A DNA stretch of 64,000 bases from Phoronis australis. Its lineage: Eukaryota > Animalia > Phoronida. This document shows, in pieces, positions 25,201 through 36,031 of the stretch (position 1 is its first letter; each line of letters starts with the position of its first letter). The stretch spans positions 62,001 through 126,000 of the forward strand of contig NMRA01000270.1 in the NCBI GenBank assembly GCA_002633005.1, read 5' to 3'. The notes under the pieces were generated by a model that was not told where the DNA came from, ran no database searches, and was given only the letters and a program-made list of their open reading frames with translations. Made by a program: the position numbers and the translations under genes.

Positions 25201-28158
25201 TTTACAGCTAATTCGTTCGTCCAAAGCATAATCTCGTTTTAGAGCTCTTCAGTTAACTGGATAGAGCAAGCATAGTTATCGTGTTTCTTCAGGGGCCTCC
25301 TTCATCCGAGGGGAAAGGAGCCCAGTGTGCCTTCTGAGAGAGGAATTTTTCGCTGAGTGAGGGGAAATATCTACCCCCGATCTCCATCAATAGCACCCTT
25401 GCCCTGTTGCAAGCTCTCATAGGCTGTCTCAAGTAGCATTTTGTTTTCTTTCAAACTGTCACCTGCGTGGCNCTCTATTCAGGGAGTCATGAGCAGGGAT
25501 AATTGGCTTTACTCATGCAGAGGTAATCAGGTGATAATGACATACTACAGGATCAGTCTTTAAAGTAAATTTGGCTGTAAAGTTTGTAAACCAAATTAAA
25601 ACCTTTTGCTGATTGAAGCCATGAATGGTTCAAATTAACCCTTAGGAGCCAACCCTAAAATGGCTCATACCTTATAGACCTAATTCACACAGGGAACATT
25701 GAAATCCAAAGTATTATGCTGAATGCAAGGTTATGTTTCTTCTTGTAAATTGTTGATAAAAAATGCTTTCTACACGAACCAGGTCATCTGCTCGTATTGT
25801 TGACGAGTTGGAGATATATTCGACAGTAGTGGCACATCGCATTTTGCCGTCATGTGCAATTAGTCACATCTGGTTTAATTTGTTGATCAAGAATATTAAC
25901 ATGATAGCCTAGGTCCTGGCGATGTAGGGACTACCGGAACTAACAGTTGAATTGTCATTGATCTGAAAAAATAATTGATGTTAATAAATATTTTTTATTA
26001 AAATAAAAAACAAGGCTCAAAATTGAAAATAAAAATTATTTGACCCTCGATTCTGCTTTCTTGGTTTTAATAATTCTTTCGTCTATTTCATGTGTTAGGT
26101 TTCAAATATCAATCTGGACCAAGTTGAATTTTAAAATTTACAGCTAATTCGTTCGTCCAAAGCATAATCTCGTTTTAGAGCTCAATTTCAGTTAACTGGA
26201 TAGAGCAAGCATAGTTATCGTGTTTCTTCAGGGGCCTCCTTCATCCGAGGGGAAAGGAGCCCAGTGTGCCTTCTGAGAGAGGAATTTTTCGCTGAGTGAG
26301 GGTAAATATCTACCCCCGATCTCCATCAATAGCACCCTTGCCCTGTTGCAAGCTCTCATAGGCTGTCTCAAGTAGCATTTTGTTTTCTTTCAAACTGTCA
26401 CCTGCGTGGCTAAAGGTGATTTGAACTTAGGAGAGAAATTTTCAATCACAAAGGGAATTTTTAGGCCTCGTGGGGAGAATATCGCGTTATTTTTCAATAT
26501 TTCTGATAGGGAATAGGGCCGATACTTGGCCCCAAAATCGAGAGATTGAGGGGCTTGTCCTTTTTGGAAAGAAAAGTGCATCGCGTTTCAACCCGTAGTC
26601 ATGAAAACACAGCCTGGCTGGCCGAAAATTGTCCAGTCATTTGTGCCGTATCTTTGGCGTCCCTTGGCAGATCCGAAATTTGGTCAGTGGATAGATCTTT
26701 TCAAGTGCTATCAGCCATGTGAAATCCGTTTCTAGACATGAATTACCATTCTTGCCATATTTACTGCTCAGGTGCCTGATTGTTCTTTTGTTGACTTGTT
26801 ATATTTGTGTGATCACATTTTCATCTGATTGACATGAAATTTACGTAGAGTAGTTTGGTTTTGGCCGAAATTGGATGCAAGGTGGGACTGTGAGTCATAT
26901 TTTTCGAATTATGTTTGTTAAGCTCTCGCTCCACGATCCTATGGCCTAATCTTTTCAAATTTGGTAATGTAAATAGATCTCTTCACGAGCTATCTAATAC
27001 ATTTTCATCATTGATCTCACCTTAAATTTTCATTTGATTGTCCCAAGTGTGTCTCTCTAAAGCGCTTTCATTTTTATTTCTTCGATTGGTCTGCTGTTTA
27101 GATTTCATATTGTGCATATATAAATTAATATTAATAATATTTTTCAATATCCAATATAGATCTGGGTTATTCTAGCCAGACAATACAGAATTGGTGAAAA
27201 TATTCGATCAACATTCTAACTATTCACTGCAATCATAATCAAACTGGCCCCTGAGGAATTACCATTTTATGGCCAGAGGCAACCTCCTCAGCCATTCCCT
27301 GGAAAGATAGTTCCCAGCAAGGTTTTATCAGCCAATTATACTCTCATCACTAGGTCACATTAGAAGTCAGCTCTAAGTGACTGTGGATAAAACTGGTGTT
27401 GACAGCTTCTTAGAGCTTAAAAGGGAATGTGGAAGACAAACTGAAGTTTAAAGTGGAACTTGCAGGCTAATTCCTTACCTCTGTGATTGCCTAGTCAAAT
27501 TAGTTAGAAACACAACATATAGCCAAAATGTGAAATTGAAGTAGGTTGAAAACTGTCAAATGTTTTAAAGAACAAATTTTGTGTTGAAAATGATCCCCTG
27601 TAAATCACTCATTATAGTATTGTGAGGTGGTGTTGGGGAATAACACAGCATGATACGAGTTATGTGAGCTCCCAAGGTACGTCATTAGTGCAAAGGTCAC
27701 CTATTTGCAGAATTTTTTGTTTTCATATTAACAAGTTGTCAATGAATACAGCCTGCACTTTGTTTAGCATAGATGATGTTCAAATAACATTAATGTTTAG
27801 TTCCTGGCTGTTATACATTAGCATAGTTGGGAGCTTGCAAATACAACTTTAAATGTGGTGGACAGATGTCCCCAATCTGCAGGCGGACAAATTAGCCTTT
27901 TCAATTTAAAAAGAGATTGGCACAGCACTTCTTGAATTTTCAGTCATTAACTTGTACATGAACAAGCGTGTGCCAGAGAAAATGATCACATGTCAGCTGG
28001 AGAAGCTCATCGCAAAGTGGGCATTAACCGCTGACATTGATACCTTTGTCAACATATGATACCTTTCGTAAGCAGTTCTGGCATTTCGACCCTTCTGGTT
28101 CCCTGACCTTGACTTGGCCCTCTTCCATCATTGGCTCCTTTGATTTGGCATCCTCCAT
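7205..28158 (-). CDS. SLC1A2: Excitatory amino acid transporter, SLC1/DAACS family, EAAT2(GLT-1)-like; spliced gene of ~560 aa
   Basis: Exons: 28158-28063, 24114-23916, 22881-22659, 21582-21347, 18404-18278, 16729-16496 (duplicate at 14488-14255), 12763-<12625 (gap), 11963-11829, 11351-11179, 7275-7205. All visible junctions are GT-AG with matching phases. Motifs: [72 protein letters not shown] and AASIP are EAAT2-type rather than EAAT1/3-type; orthology is untested. Confidence 0.93.
7495..7745. repeat. Degenerate ~49-bp minisatellite, ~5 copies
   Basis: TATCTGAAATATTGGTCAAC...GTGGAT core recurs near 7501, 7550, 7596, 7645 and 7698. Confidence 0.7.
7930..8297. repeat. 15-bp minisatellite (GGGCATGTGATGACA)n
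   Basis: Eight perfect copies at 8104-8223 with degenerate CATGTGA-containing units on both sides. Confidence 0.92.
9502..9718. mobile_element. Degenerate MITE with GTTCCAAGAAA / TTTCTTGGAAC inverted ends
   Basis: Left GCGTTCCAAGAAA and right TTTCTTGGAACAGGCCC, with CAG on both flanks. Confidence 0.4.
10712..10825. repeat. 19-bp tandem repeat (ATGGTCCAAAGGACTGCAA) x6
   Basis: Copies start at 10712, 10731, 10750, 10769, 10788 and 10807. Confidence 0.93.
11006..11040 (-). CDS. Candidate alternative terminal exon: (D)[10 protein letters not shown]
   Basis: Pyrimidine-rich acceptor ttcctctccttag at 11041, 138 nt from the 11178 donor. Phase 1 compatible; TGA at 11008-11006. Confidence 0.3.
11179..11351 (-). 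CDS. SLC1A2: SLC1 coding exon 9 (TM8 and proximal C-tail): [27 protein letters not shown]...RGHK
   Basis: Acceptor ttactccag, donor G/gtaaga, 173 nt, phase 2 to 1. Conserved DRxRTSxNVxGD motif. Confidence 0.93.
11829..11963 (-). CDS. SLC1A2: SLC1 coding exon 8 (HP2-TM8a): [45 protein letters not shown]
   Basis: Acceptor gttacag, donor CT/gtaagt, 135 nt, phase 2 to 2. Same length as the 135-nt exon 9 of mammalian EAAT2. Confidence 0.95.
12306..12623. repeat. 69-bp minisatellite, ~4.6 copies, running into an assembly N
   Basis: Near-perfect repeats of GTGTTAAACTCAAAAGACACTTATAACAGTTCCCAGGTAATAGATTGCATTTCTTCAGACATAAAGCTA. Confidence 0.93.
12625..12763 (-). CDS. SLC1A2: SLC1 coding exon 7 (HP1b-TM7), 3' part lost at the gap: [46 protein letters not shown]
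   Basis: Acceptor atcctgcag. NMDGT and YEA motifs present. The sequence stops at N 12624 with no donor visible. Confidence 0.95.
13143..13620. mobile_element. MITE with 13-bp TIR CAGGGCTTGGAAT and 6-bp TSD ATTTTT
   Basis: TIRs at both ends. The TSD is confirmed against the empty site at ~15866-15871 in the duplicate copy. Confidence 0.88.
14255..14488 (-). CDS. SLC1A2: SLC1 coding exon 6, second apparently identical copy
   Basis: Same 234-nt sequence and splice sites as 16496-16729. Confidence 0.7.
15312..15680. mobile_element. Second copy of the CAGGGCTTGGAA MITE, left end lost in the gap
   Basis: Aligns by eye with 13283-13620 with substitutions and indels. Ends in TTCCAAGCCCTG. Confidence 0.85.
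16496..16729 (-). CDS. SLC1A2: SLC1 coding exon 6 (TM5b-TM6-HP1a): [20 protein letters not shown]...WITALGTAS
   Basis: Acceptor tgtctacag, donor AG/gtaagt, 234 nt, phase 2 to 2. Confidence 0.93.
17379..17590. repeat. 41-bp minisatellite (ACTGCCCCCTATGGGATACTTTGATCATACCAGACAGTGAC), ~5 copies; also at 15138-15269
   Basis: Period of 41 measured directly. Degenerate relatives at 17250-17370 and 18140-18250. Confidence 0.9.
17734..17965. repeat. Degenerate ~90-bp tandem repeat, ~3 copies
   Basis: CATGTTTACTTTCTATTCATTTGCACATCC core at ~17734, 17825 and 17913. Confidence 0.75.
18278..18404 (-). CDS. SLC1A2: SLC1 coding exon 5 (TM4c-TM5): [43 protein letters not shown]
   Basis: Acceptor cttattacag, donor TG/gtgagt, 127 nt, phase 1 to 2. 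Confidence 0.95.
18588..18795. repeat. 43-bp minisatellite, ~5 copies
   Basis: GTGGCTTGTCACAGCATGTC core at 18601, 18644, 18687, 18730 and 18773. Confidence 0.92.
18853..20596 (-). mobile_element. Non-autonomous Helentron (HINE / DINE-1 / pearl-type) element with an internal ~145-bp tandem array
   Basis: On the minus strand: T-run, subTIR ATGCGCCCAC (20591-20582), short IR (20562-20572), CCGT microsatellite (~20533-20545), central repeats, inverted subTIR (18887-18878), stem-loop CAACGC-3nt-GCGTTG (18861-18875), then CTCTTGTT. This is the established HINE architecture. Confidence 0.85.
21347..21582 (-). CDS. SLC1A2: SLC1 coding exon 4 (TM4a/b and extracellular loop): [12 protein letters not shown]...GPNVLG
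   Basis: Acceptor ttttgcag, donor G/gtaagg, 236 nt, phase 2 to 1. Four N-x-S/T sequons (NIT, NLS, NVT, NGT). Confidence 0.95.
21785..21943. repeat. Short palindromic MITE-like element
   Basis: Inner inverted pair ACATGGGCGGCGCA / TGCGCCGCCCATGT and outer pair AGTGTAGC / GCTACACT. Confidence 0.5.
22659..22881 (-). CDS. SLC1A2: SLC1 coding exon 3 (TM3): [25 protein letters not shown]...IHPGDPK...LDAFLDVIR
   Basis: Acceptor tccctgcag, donor AG/gtttgg, 223 nt, phase 1 to 2. Confidence 0.95.
23455..23545 (-). mobile_element. tRNA-derived SINE-like fragment (T-arm / B-box)
   Basis: Minus strand CTGGG-TTCGAGT-CCCGG forms a T-stem/loop. Shares GACCTAATGA...GAAAAGATTTC with 1600-1660. No full cloverleaf. 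Confidence 0.55.
23916..24114 (-). CDS. SLC1A2: SLC1 coding exon 2 (TM1-TM2): [21 protein letters not shown]...[24 protein letters not shown]
   Basis: Acceptor tgcttctag, donor G/gtacgt, 199 nt, phase 0 to 1. Confidence 0.95.
24537..26410. repeat. ~935-bp direct duplication (24537-25471 / 25473-26410) joined by a single N; probable contig-overlap artefact
   Basis: I saw only about 4 SNPs and one 3-bp indel between the copies. Confidence 0.88.
27448..27852. mobile_element. Non-autonomous TTAA-flanked (Kolobok/piggyBac-type) element; second copy at ~62600-62948
   Basis: TTAA-AGTGGAACTTGCA ... TGCAAATACAACT-TTAA. Internal sequence (TAGATGATGTTCAAATA, GTTTAGTTCCTG) is shared with 62600-62948. 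Confidence 0.6.
28063..28158 (-). CDS. SLC1A2: SLC1 first coding exon: [32 protein letters not shown]
   Basis: ATG in AAAATGG context, 10 nt after acceptor cttgtttcag (exon starts at 28168). Donor AAG/gtatca. 96 nt, phase 0, joins exon 2 in frame. Implies an upstream non-coding exon that I could not locate. Confidence 0.75.
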
Positions 28159-29966
28159 TTTCTACAATCTGAAACAAGGTCAAAGGTTAATGTCATCATA
28201 AGAGCAGTAATTTGGGAATAAATTAAGTTAACACAACCAGTTGCTTCGGATATTTCAAACACCCAAGGAAACAACTCAGTGCTCTAAATGTAAGAACAGG
28301 AAATCTGCTGTAAAACGTATACCTGAAACTCCTCTCACACATTTTCTAAGATTGATAATAATTCAAACTCTTCATATGCAAAGCCAATATTAATCAACAT
28401 TGACTATGGAACTCGGTAACTTGAAATTATTTTTAGAAGCTACACTAAAGTCTCAAGTTGCAGGAACATACAAAAGTGTGGGATGATGTATTTGCTCTGC
28501 CCTTCTCACTAACATCCACCAGGCATTCCACCATCCAAGGCACCAGAAAGCTGGCTAGCTTGGATATGGCACTAAAACTTATCTCAGCTGCCAAGCCTTG
28601 TGATGGTGTAATCCATCTGGGGTAGACAAGTGTAATTACAGGATGGCCTAAGACAGGTTGCTGTCCAACTGTGACTGTAATACCACTGATGATACAGGTG
28701 GTTAGCTTTCATCACAGTCTGTAGTTCTGAGAACTTGGATTTTGCAGTTTGACATATTTGTTGATCACTTAATGAAAGATCTATATTTAACTGAAGTTAA
28801 TTACGTGGCTTCATCGTTTGGGACAATGTAGCAACTAGCTTACAATTCAAAGTCACTAAAACCAAAATCTCAAACTCAGAAAGCAGGCAAAACATATATT
28901 TGTCAGAAGTACCTTTTTCTAATCACAGCATTGGCAATAGGTCCTCAACTGAAAGGTAATTATATTTCGAAACCATGTAGTAAATTTTAACGCTAACTAT
29001 GAAAATTCTAAAGTTTACTTTACTAGTAGCAGTCAGTGGGCACAGAGCTATGGGTGCTTAAAAAAGGTTTGGTAATTATTTTCACCTTGAGATTTTATTT
29101 CCAGATCATAACAGGTGTACTTTTTAAATGTAAAAAGTTCCCACATTTAAGGTGCGCAAATCTGAGTATTTTGCATATTTTATGAAAAATGACAAAATAT
29201 TGGAATTCAGGAGTTAGGTAGCAAAAGCATGATTAATAGTAAAAATACTGTCTAGGGCATTTTAGGAGATGCATTTAGTAAACATTCTTGGTCACATTAA
29301 ACAAGGTGAATGAGCAAATTTAGGACAAAATAGTAGTAAAAAAGCTGTATTAAAATCACACCACCGAGTGAAGATAAAATTTTGCAAAACTTCAGTCAAC
29401 ACGTAGGCTAACATTTGGCCTTTTGTCACTGCAACTCTATAAGTGCAACTAAGCTTCCATACTGTGACTAACCCATCCTTTCACAAAATACAGTGAGTGT
29501 GGCTCAGCTATGCTGCCAAGGAAAACACTGTAATTTCTCTACAATACCTTACTTACAGTATGTTTTTTGACTCTGAAACTAGTACAAGCTCGTTGGTTAC
29601 AATGGCTATTATCTCATCCAATACAAATCGGCCAAGTTCATGAATAGCGATAAGGTCCCTTCACCATGCACTATGGTGCACTCAAGTCTTTGATACATTG
29701 AAAAATTCGCTGGGGTGAGGGATGCATGCATTCTCATCCGCTTGCATGTGAATAGTGTTAGCGTACAAGTTGCCCAACAACCTTCCTTGACACAAATGAC
29801 AAAAACACATCATAGCAATTTACAATGGGTTGGAGTTTTTCTACCTTGATAAATGGACCTAAACATAGAAAGTAGAGCTGGTGCAAAGAACAATAAAGTA
29901 ACACGTAGCTTCTCAATTTACAGCCCCACTGGTCTGTGACACATGCTCAGCACAAAAAGCCTGTAT

Positions 29967-30375
29967 AGTGCTGTTTACACTACAAAAGTTGACACCGATC
30001 AGCTGACACGGAACGAGATGTTCCAGCGTGTAAATGGGACTGACACGGAGCGAATTTACACGGCGGTGACAACTTTTGCCACCCGTTTGTGAGGTGGGAC
30101 AATTTGCGCTCGAACATCTTGCTCCGGGTCAATTATATGTCTTAACATGAAACTAGGGCAAGGCGGAAAGGATCATCTCTACTGCGCTTGTGCAATGACC
30201 TACATACGGGTTCTCTGCCTCTGCAAGTCCGGCAATTCGAAAACCTGCGCATGTGCATTCCACTCTCCAGCATACAACTTCCTAATGAAATTGCGCGTGT
30301 AACCAGCCACTTGACACTGATCAAGTTGCTCCCTGTTAGTTGCCCTGGATCAAAAGTTGATGTCTAAATGGGACT
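29967..30375. mobile_element. PIF/Harbinger-type MITE, copy 1
   Basis: Ends AGTGCTGTTTACAC / GTCTAAATGGGACT with 3-bp TSD TAT/TAT. Homologous to 33521-33942. Confidence 0.8.
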
Positions 30376-32799
30376 TATGACTTGCCAACAGTAAACACCA
30401 AGTACACAATTAATGAACCCTCAATATAAATCAAGGGCTTCCCTGGCCACCACATGGGACCATTATGTCATGTAACCCCCAGGTCAAATTAGTGTAACAA
30501 GAAATGGTGTAGAGCTAGGAACCAGTAAGAGTCAGTAAACTCTGCTTGTGGTCAGGAATCACACAATTTTCCTTAAAGGGGAATGCCCGTAATCTGCCAT
30601 ACCTTGTGCAAATTGGCACTTCCTCTAACACCAACAACTTAATGAGAATGGGCAACTGGTGCAAGTAAAAGCCACTAATTCAACACAAGGAGTCATGGTG
30701 CAGGTCTCCAATTCACCTTTTACAATACCTATAAGTTGTCAATTCAGAAGTAACAGCCTAGGCTTTTGCAACTGGTTGTTTATACATTGGGCCATTTAAT
30801 TCAACAGAACAACAATAGTTCCATGTCAGCCATTGTGCAGTGTTTAGTGTTTTCATTCAAACTGTAATATAATACTACTTACTAATATTTTCTTAAAAGG
30901 TGAAGTCTTTTATGATTTCATGAGCATTAATGGCACCTTACAGAATTGTAAAGGGCGGATTTAAATAGTGTGCCCATTAGATGAGAGTTGGATGGTAAAA
31001 AATCATTAAACCTCTGACTACTGTATTCAGAGCAATGCAAGTATGGCTGCTCAATGGTAGTGGGTTCTTTCAGAGATTTGAACAGGTACACCTTTTAAAC
31101 GTCAATTGTGAAATTAAAACACGGTTCTGCGAGCATCAGAATTTTGATGCCTAGTGATGTCTAATGGAAATGTCTAAATTTTGACTGTCAGCCTTTTACT
31201 ACAGTACAAGACAAAAGTAATCAAACTTGTCACCAGTGTCACGAAAGAAAATTCTGTCTATAGCAAAAATGACCGATAATGGCCATTATGGCGGTAATAG
31301 TATTACAGAATAGCTTGTCGACCACCTTACAAACTTCCCTTTTATTATCAGACCATACTTGATGGTGAATTCGTCTTTGATCCTGTTGTCAAAGCCAGGA
31401 ATTCTGGGTTATTTTGCCATGAACATTTACGATAAAAATTCTTCGACTTGGGTCAAAAACAATTGCTTGAACTACCATGTTTCTATTTTTCAGAGGTTCA
31501 TCACATTCTAACAAATTGTCAAACATTTTCCAAATGTTGTTTGACAATAGCTACGCCATACACACCATGCCAAAAGCAAAGTAAGTTTGCCTAAAAATTT
31601 TTTTGTTGAGAAATTTGACAAAATAAAATTTCACCTGTTCGCCATATTGTGTCCCAAATAGATTTTTTTCCATAGGTTCACATGAGAAACAAATAAGTTA
31701 GCAGACCTCCAGGGGCAAAAACCCTTGCATAATAATGAGGTGGGGTCACTGTCCGCAAAGGGGTCATATTTGCCAGGAGCAGGGATATTCCTGGACTGCA
31801 CCTTTGCGCTATTTAAAAGGCATAAAAAATAAAAAGGCGAATTACAGTAGTGTGCCACCCGGGAACATCTTTTAAAATGCAACATTCTTCCAAAATTCAG
31901 ATTCTAGTCAATTTCGAGCCAGTCGAGTGAAACACGACTCTGTTATTTTGATTGCCATTAGGGTTTCTGTTTCATATGTTACCACTTCAATTATACTAAG
32001 TCTGCTGGGGACATTTTTTTGAAAAGCACAGTTTTTATCATCAGGTGCGCCCCAAGTGCACAGGTTCTAAACCCGGCCACGGCCTGCGGGAGTTAATTTT
32101 TTATGACCACCTGCATCACTCAGCTCTGTCCTTTGAAGCAAGTGGTCTGGCCCCAAAATGTCTGGTTAATTAAAATGCCAGTAGATTTAGTGTATTGACC
32201 AGCCAGTTCAACACGGTTTTTGTCTTGAAATTGCAGGTCCTCACTAACCTTAAAGACTGAAAACAAATAACAGAACAGCATCTCCAATTTCAGAAGCATT
32301 GCAGTCAAGTGAAATTCCACTTTTGATTTTTAAAGAAAATGATAAATTGCACCAAATTAATTCTACAACCTTTAAGTATTATAGTTATATGGTATCATTA
32401 CCAGCCAAAAGCACTATGGCTTGCAAACTACAATAGATACTATCAAGAAATGGGCTCAGTTTCATGACACTATTTTAGTCTAACATTAGTGTTATACAAT
32501 TCTTGGCAAATTTAACATGGAACATAGAGTGTAGATGTCAAAAACAACATTTTCTTTGGTTACCATTATTTTCAAAAAGGTAACCAGTGATTGAAAAATA
32601 GAAAAAATGACAAATAGTTTTGTGTAAAATCAGTGGATAATTGTTGTAATTACAAAAAAGATTAGAACAGCTTCTTATTTAATTTGAACTTTTCTTATCT
32701 AATAAAAGTTCGCTTTTCATGGACAAAAATGGGGACACCCACATAAATATATGTGTTTCTACGTAAAATATGATTACAGGTGGGTACACCTGTCAGTAA

Positions 32800-33090
32800 A
32801 GGTTGATCAGCGAAATCTCTGTTTGTAATTGGGTACACCAAATGTGGAATGGGTCTATCTTTATGTACATAACTGGACCCATCGCGACGGGTCTAGTTAT
32901 ATTTATATAGACAGACCCATTATGGCTGGTCAACCTATATGTATATAACTGGACCCATTACGAAAGGTCCAGTTATATTTATATAGACAGACCCATCCCG
33001 GTAGGTCAACCTATATATGTATATAACTGGACCCATCGCGATGGGTCCAGTTATATACATACAGATAGACCCATCCCCGCTGGTCAGCCT
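32800..33090. mobile_element. MITE-like element with three tandem ~77-bp palindromic units
   Basis: Ends AGGTTGATCAGCG / CGCTGGTCAGCCT. TAACTGGACCC units at ~32871, 32947 and 33024. Perfect 46-bp palindrome at 33016-33061. Confidence 0.65.
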
Positions 33091-33092
33091 AT

Positions 33093-33222
33093 AACAAGAG
33101 CAACGCGGAGCATTGAAATGTGCCCACGAATGCATCGCAAATGGTGTAATTTTAGGGTTGCTTATTTGTCATAAAAATGGCACAAAAACATACAATCCAT
33201 CCGAAAGTGGGAACGTGTCATT
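33093..33222 (-). mobile_element. Truncated 3' end of the same HINE family as 18853-20596
   Basis: AACAAGAGCAACGCGGAGCATTGAAATGTGCCCACGAATGCATCGCAAATGGTGT matches 18853-18907. Confidence 0.85.
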
Positions 33223-33520
33223 GCTTCTTTAATAGCTTCATATATGTATAGGTTATCACATATTTCAGATATAGCTCTCATGAGCACGACCACACATTAC
33301 CTTGACATTGACCATGCCTTGCACTCCATCACATTACAAATTATGATAAATGACAAATATCTACCATATGTTATCAATACTATCAAAACAAATCAAGAAG
33401 CCCTCTAAATATAGTGACATGATGTTTGTATTAGCGTTTCCCACAGGGTTTCTCATTCCACTACAGCAGGGATGTTCAGCTCCATATTTAATGTTCATTT
33501 AAAACTATACAGCATACTAA

Positions 33521-33942
33521 AGTGCCGTTTACTCTTCAAAAGTTGACATGGACCAGCTCAGACACCTAACGAGTTGTTCCAGTGTGTAAACGGGACTGAC
33601 ACGGAGCAAACTGACACTGCGGTGAAAAATGTGCCACCCGTTTGTGAGGTAGAGCAATTTGCACCCGAACATCTAACATCGTGCTCCTGTCAATTATATC
33701 TAAACGTGAAACTGGAGCAAGGCAGAAAGGATCATCTCTACCGCACTTGTGTAATGACCTCAATACGGGTTGTCTCTTCAACGCTCGTGATTTGTAAATC
33801 TGCGCATGTGTGACGCACTCTCCAGCCTACAATTTCCGTCTTGCCACAGTTAGTGAGTTGTGTGTGTAAACCCACGCTTGACACTGATCAATTTGCTCCA
33901 TGTCAGTTGCACCGGGCCAAAAGTTGATGTCTAAACGGGACT
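33521..33942. mobile_element. PIF/Harbinger-type MITE, copy 2
   Basis: Ends AGTGCCGTTTAC / CTAAACGGGACT with TSD TAA/TAA. Confidence 0.8.
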
Positions 33943-35957
33943 TAACTGTAGGCATTAATACCCAATCAAGGTGTTTAACTTGCTAACTCAGAAGGCAAAG
34001 GGAGGGAATGATTCGGTGAATGGGTGTTTAAGGGTTAAGGACCAAGTTGAGGTTAACCCCATTATGCCAGTTAACTACTTCATATTCAGGAGGAAAATGC
34101 AGCATCCATGGAATATAGCCAGTTTAGATGCATTGTTTGTTAATCACAAATAGGCAGAACCTGTCGCTTTTATATGCAAATCCTATGGCTTTTGTGAGAA
34201 GACTGGCTTTTTGCTTTGGATGTCCACACTGTCAAATGAAAGTCAACACTCCTGCAAATATGGGGATTAGCTCTGACTGACAATCATAATTTAGCAAATG
34301 ACATGGCTGATACAACTGCAGCTTACAAGGTATCCATTAAACAGGATGAAATAAAATACAATTTTGTTGACTAGCACAAGTCACGGAACCTTGGTTCCAC
34401 CTATAATTCAAAATTTATCATGGATCCAAGGTTCTACATAGTCTCGAATGGTAAAAGCAATAATTCAACTTATTCGTTAGCTAAAATTTCTGAGGTATTT
34501 AAAATTGAAATCTCATAATTCAGGAATGGATTTAAGCTAAGCATGGGCGCAAGTAATATGAACACATCTGCCATGACACAAAGTATAGATGTATAGTTGA
34601 TACCAAATGAAACTAGATGGTCTGTCCAAGTTGCTCTTAACCTTAAACACTGATAACAACTTGTTTGGTTCAGTGTCCCTTCTATTTTACATATACATTT
34701 GTGCAGTGTCAACTCACTCCAAATCAGCTGTTCCAAGTCAACTTTTGAAGTGTTAACAGGATGCCTTAGAGATTTGTGAATATTGTAATTTCCAGGAACG
34801 TTTGGAAGCAAACTTTGGCCCTGTTCCACTTCCTAAAGTAAACATGTGCCCATGAGGGTCAGAATAGCCCCCCCCCCGCTGCTATAATTCAGAGATGGGG
34901 GGAACTTTCCCAGTTTTAGGTGGAAATCTTATCATGAGCACTACTTGTTACAATTATTGTAGTTCCAGAGAATGAGACAGATATTGAATGCAATTTATTG
35001 AAAATGAGACACAAATCAGTACGAGAATACTTACAAGATGGCTAAAAATTCTTCTACTTGGGGTATCTAAATTTTGGGACACTCATAATTCAACCTAAAT
35101 GTAATTTTCTAGATTCAGAAGATCGGGACATGGACGATTTTGATGATCTCAAAATAACAAATCTATCCCTTCTCATCAAGGTGACGCATCACGCAATAAC
35201 TTGAGAAACCTCCTCTACTCATCAAAGAGCTCAATACAAGTTACTTACATTGAATAAAAATAAGGTCCTGGCTTCCTTAAAGGTTAATGACCTCTGTTTG
35301 CAACTGCAGTAACTGATCAGGCTCGCTCATACTATAAGTCATGAAACAGATTAGGATAATCAAGAAAGTTTTATGTTCTCAGCAAATAACACTAGCTGCA
35401 ACGCTAAAACTTCTGGTAAGAGTGGGACAGTTTTTTGAGTACTAATTGTTTATCATGGCACCCAAATTGAATGTGAGGAAGAATTGAAGAAAATGATTTT
35501 TGCAGAAAAAAAACTAAATAAAAAGGTGTGCACAATGCGTTACAGTCAAATCTTTTCACAGTTCCCCAGGGTATAAATTCAGGAAATTGGTACTTTTTCT
35601 GGATTCTCTTCATTACTCTAATTGTACCAGGGGCGTACTTTTAGAAATTGATATTATATAAGAAATAATTAAATCAAATATAAACTGAAGAAGTCAAAGA
35701 CAACTTTCTTCACAGCAATGTTTGCTCTTTCAAAACATTATGCCATCATGTTCTTCTTGCTTGAATTGAAATTGTTTGCCATAAAATTCTTTAAATTCTC
35801 CCAATGTCTGTACTCAGGCTGAAACTAACCCACCCTAACATTAGCTAAGTTCACTAGCAAGATCTGAAGCTACAGTAATCTTCCACTTCTTTAGCACACT
35901 TACCCAATTTCATACACACAAAATTATTTGTAAGTCATAAGTAATGGTTGGATATGA

Positions 35958-36031
35958 CGTGCCCACATTTTGAGAACCAGTTTTCTCCACTGAATAACAG
36001 GCATAAAACTGGTTCTCAAAATATGGGCACG
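35958..36031. repeat. 74-bp hairpin mini-element; second copy at 37404-37466
   Basis: CGTGCCCACATTTTGAGAACCAGTTTT ... AAAACTGGTTCTCAAAATATGGGCACG. Confidence 0.75.

Noticed and set aside
28044-28062. Second AAG/gtatca donor 19 nt beyond the exon 1 donor
   Set aside because: Using it would shift the frame relative to exon 2.
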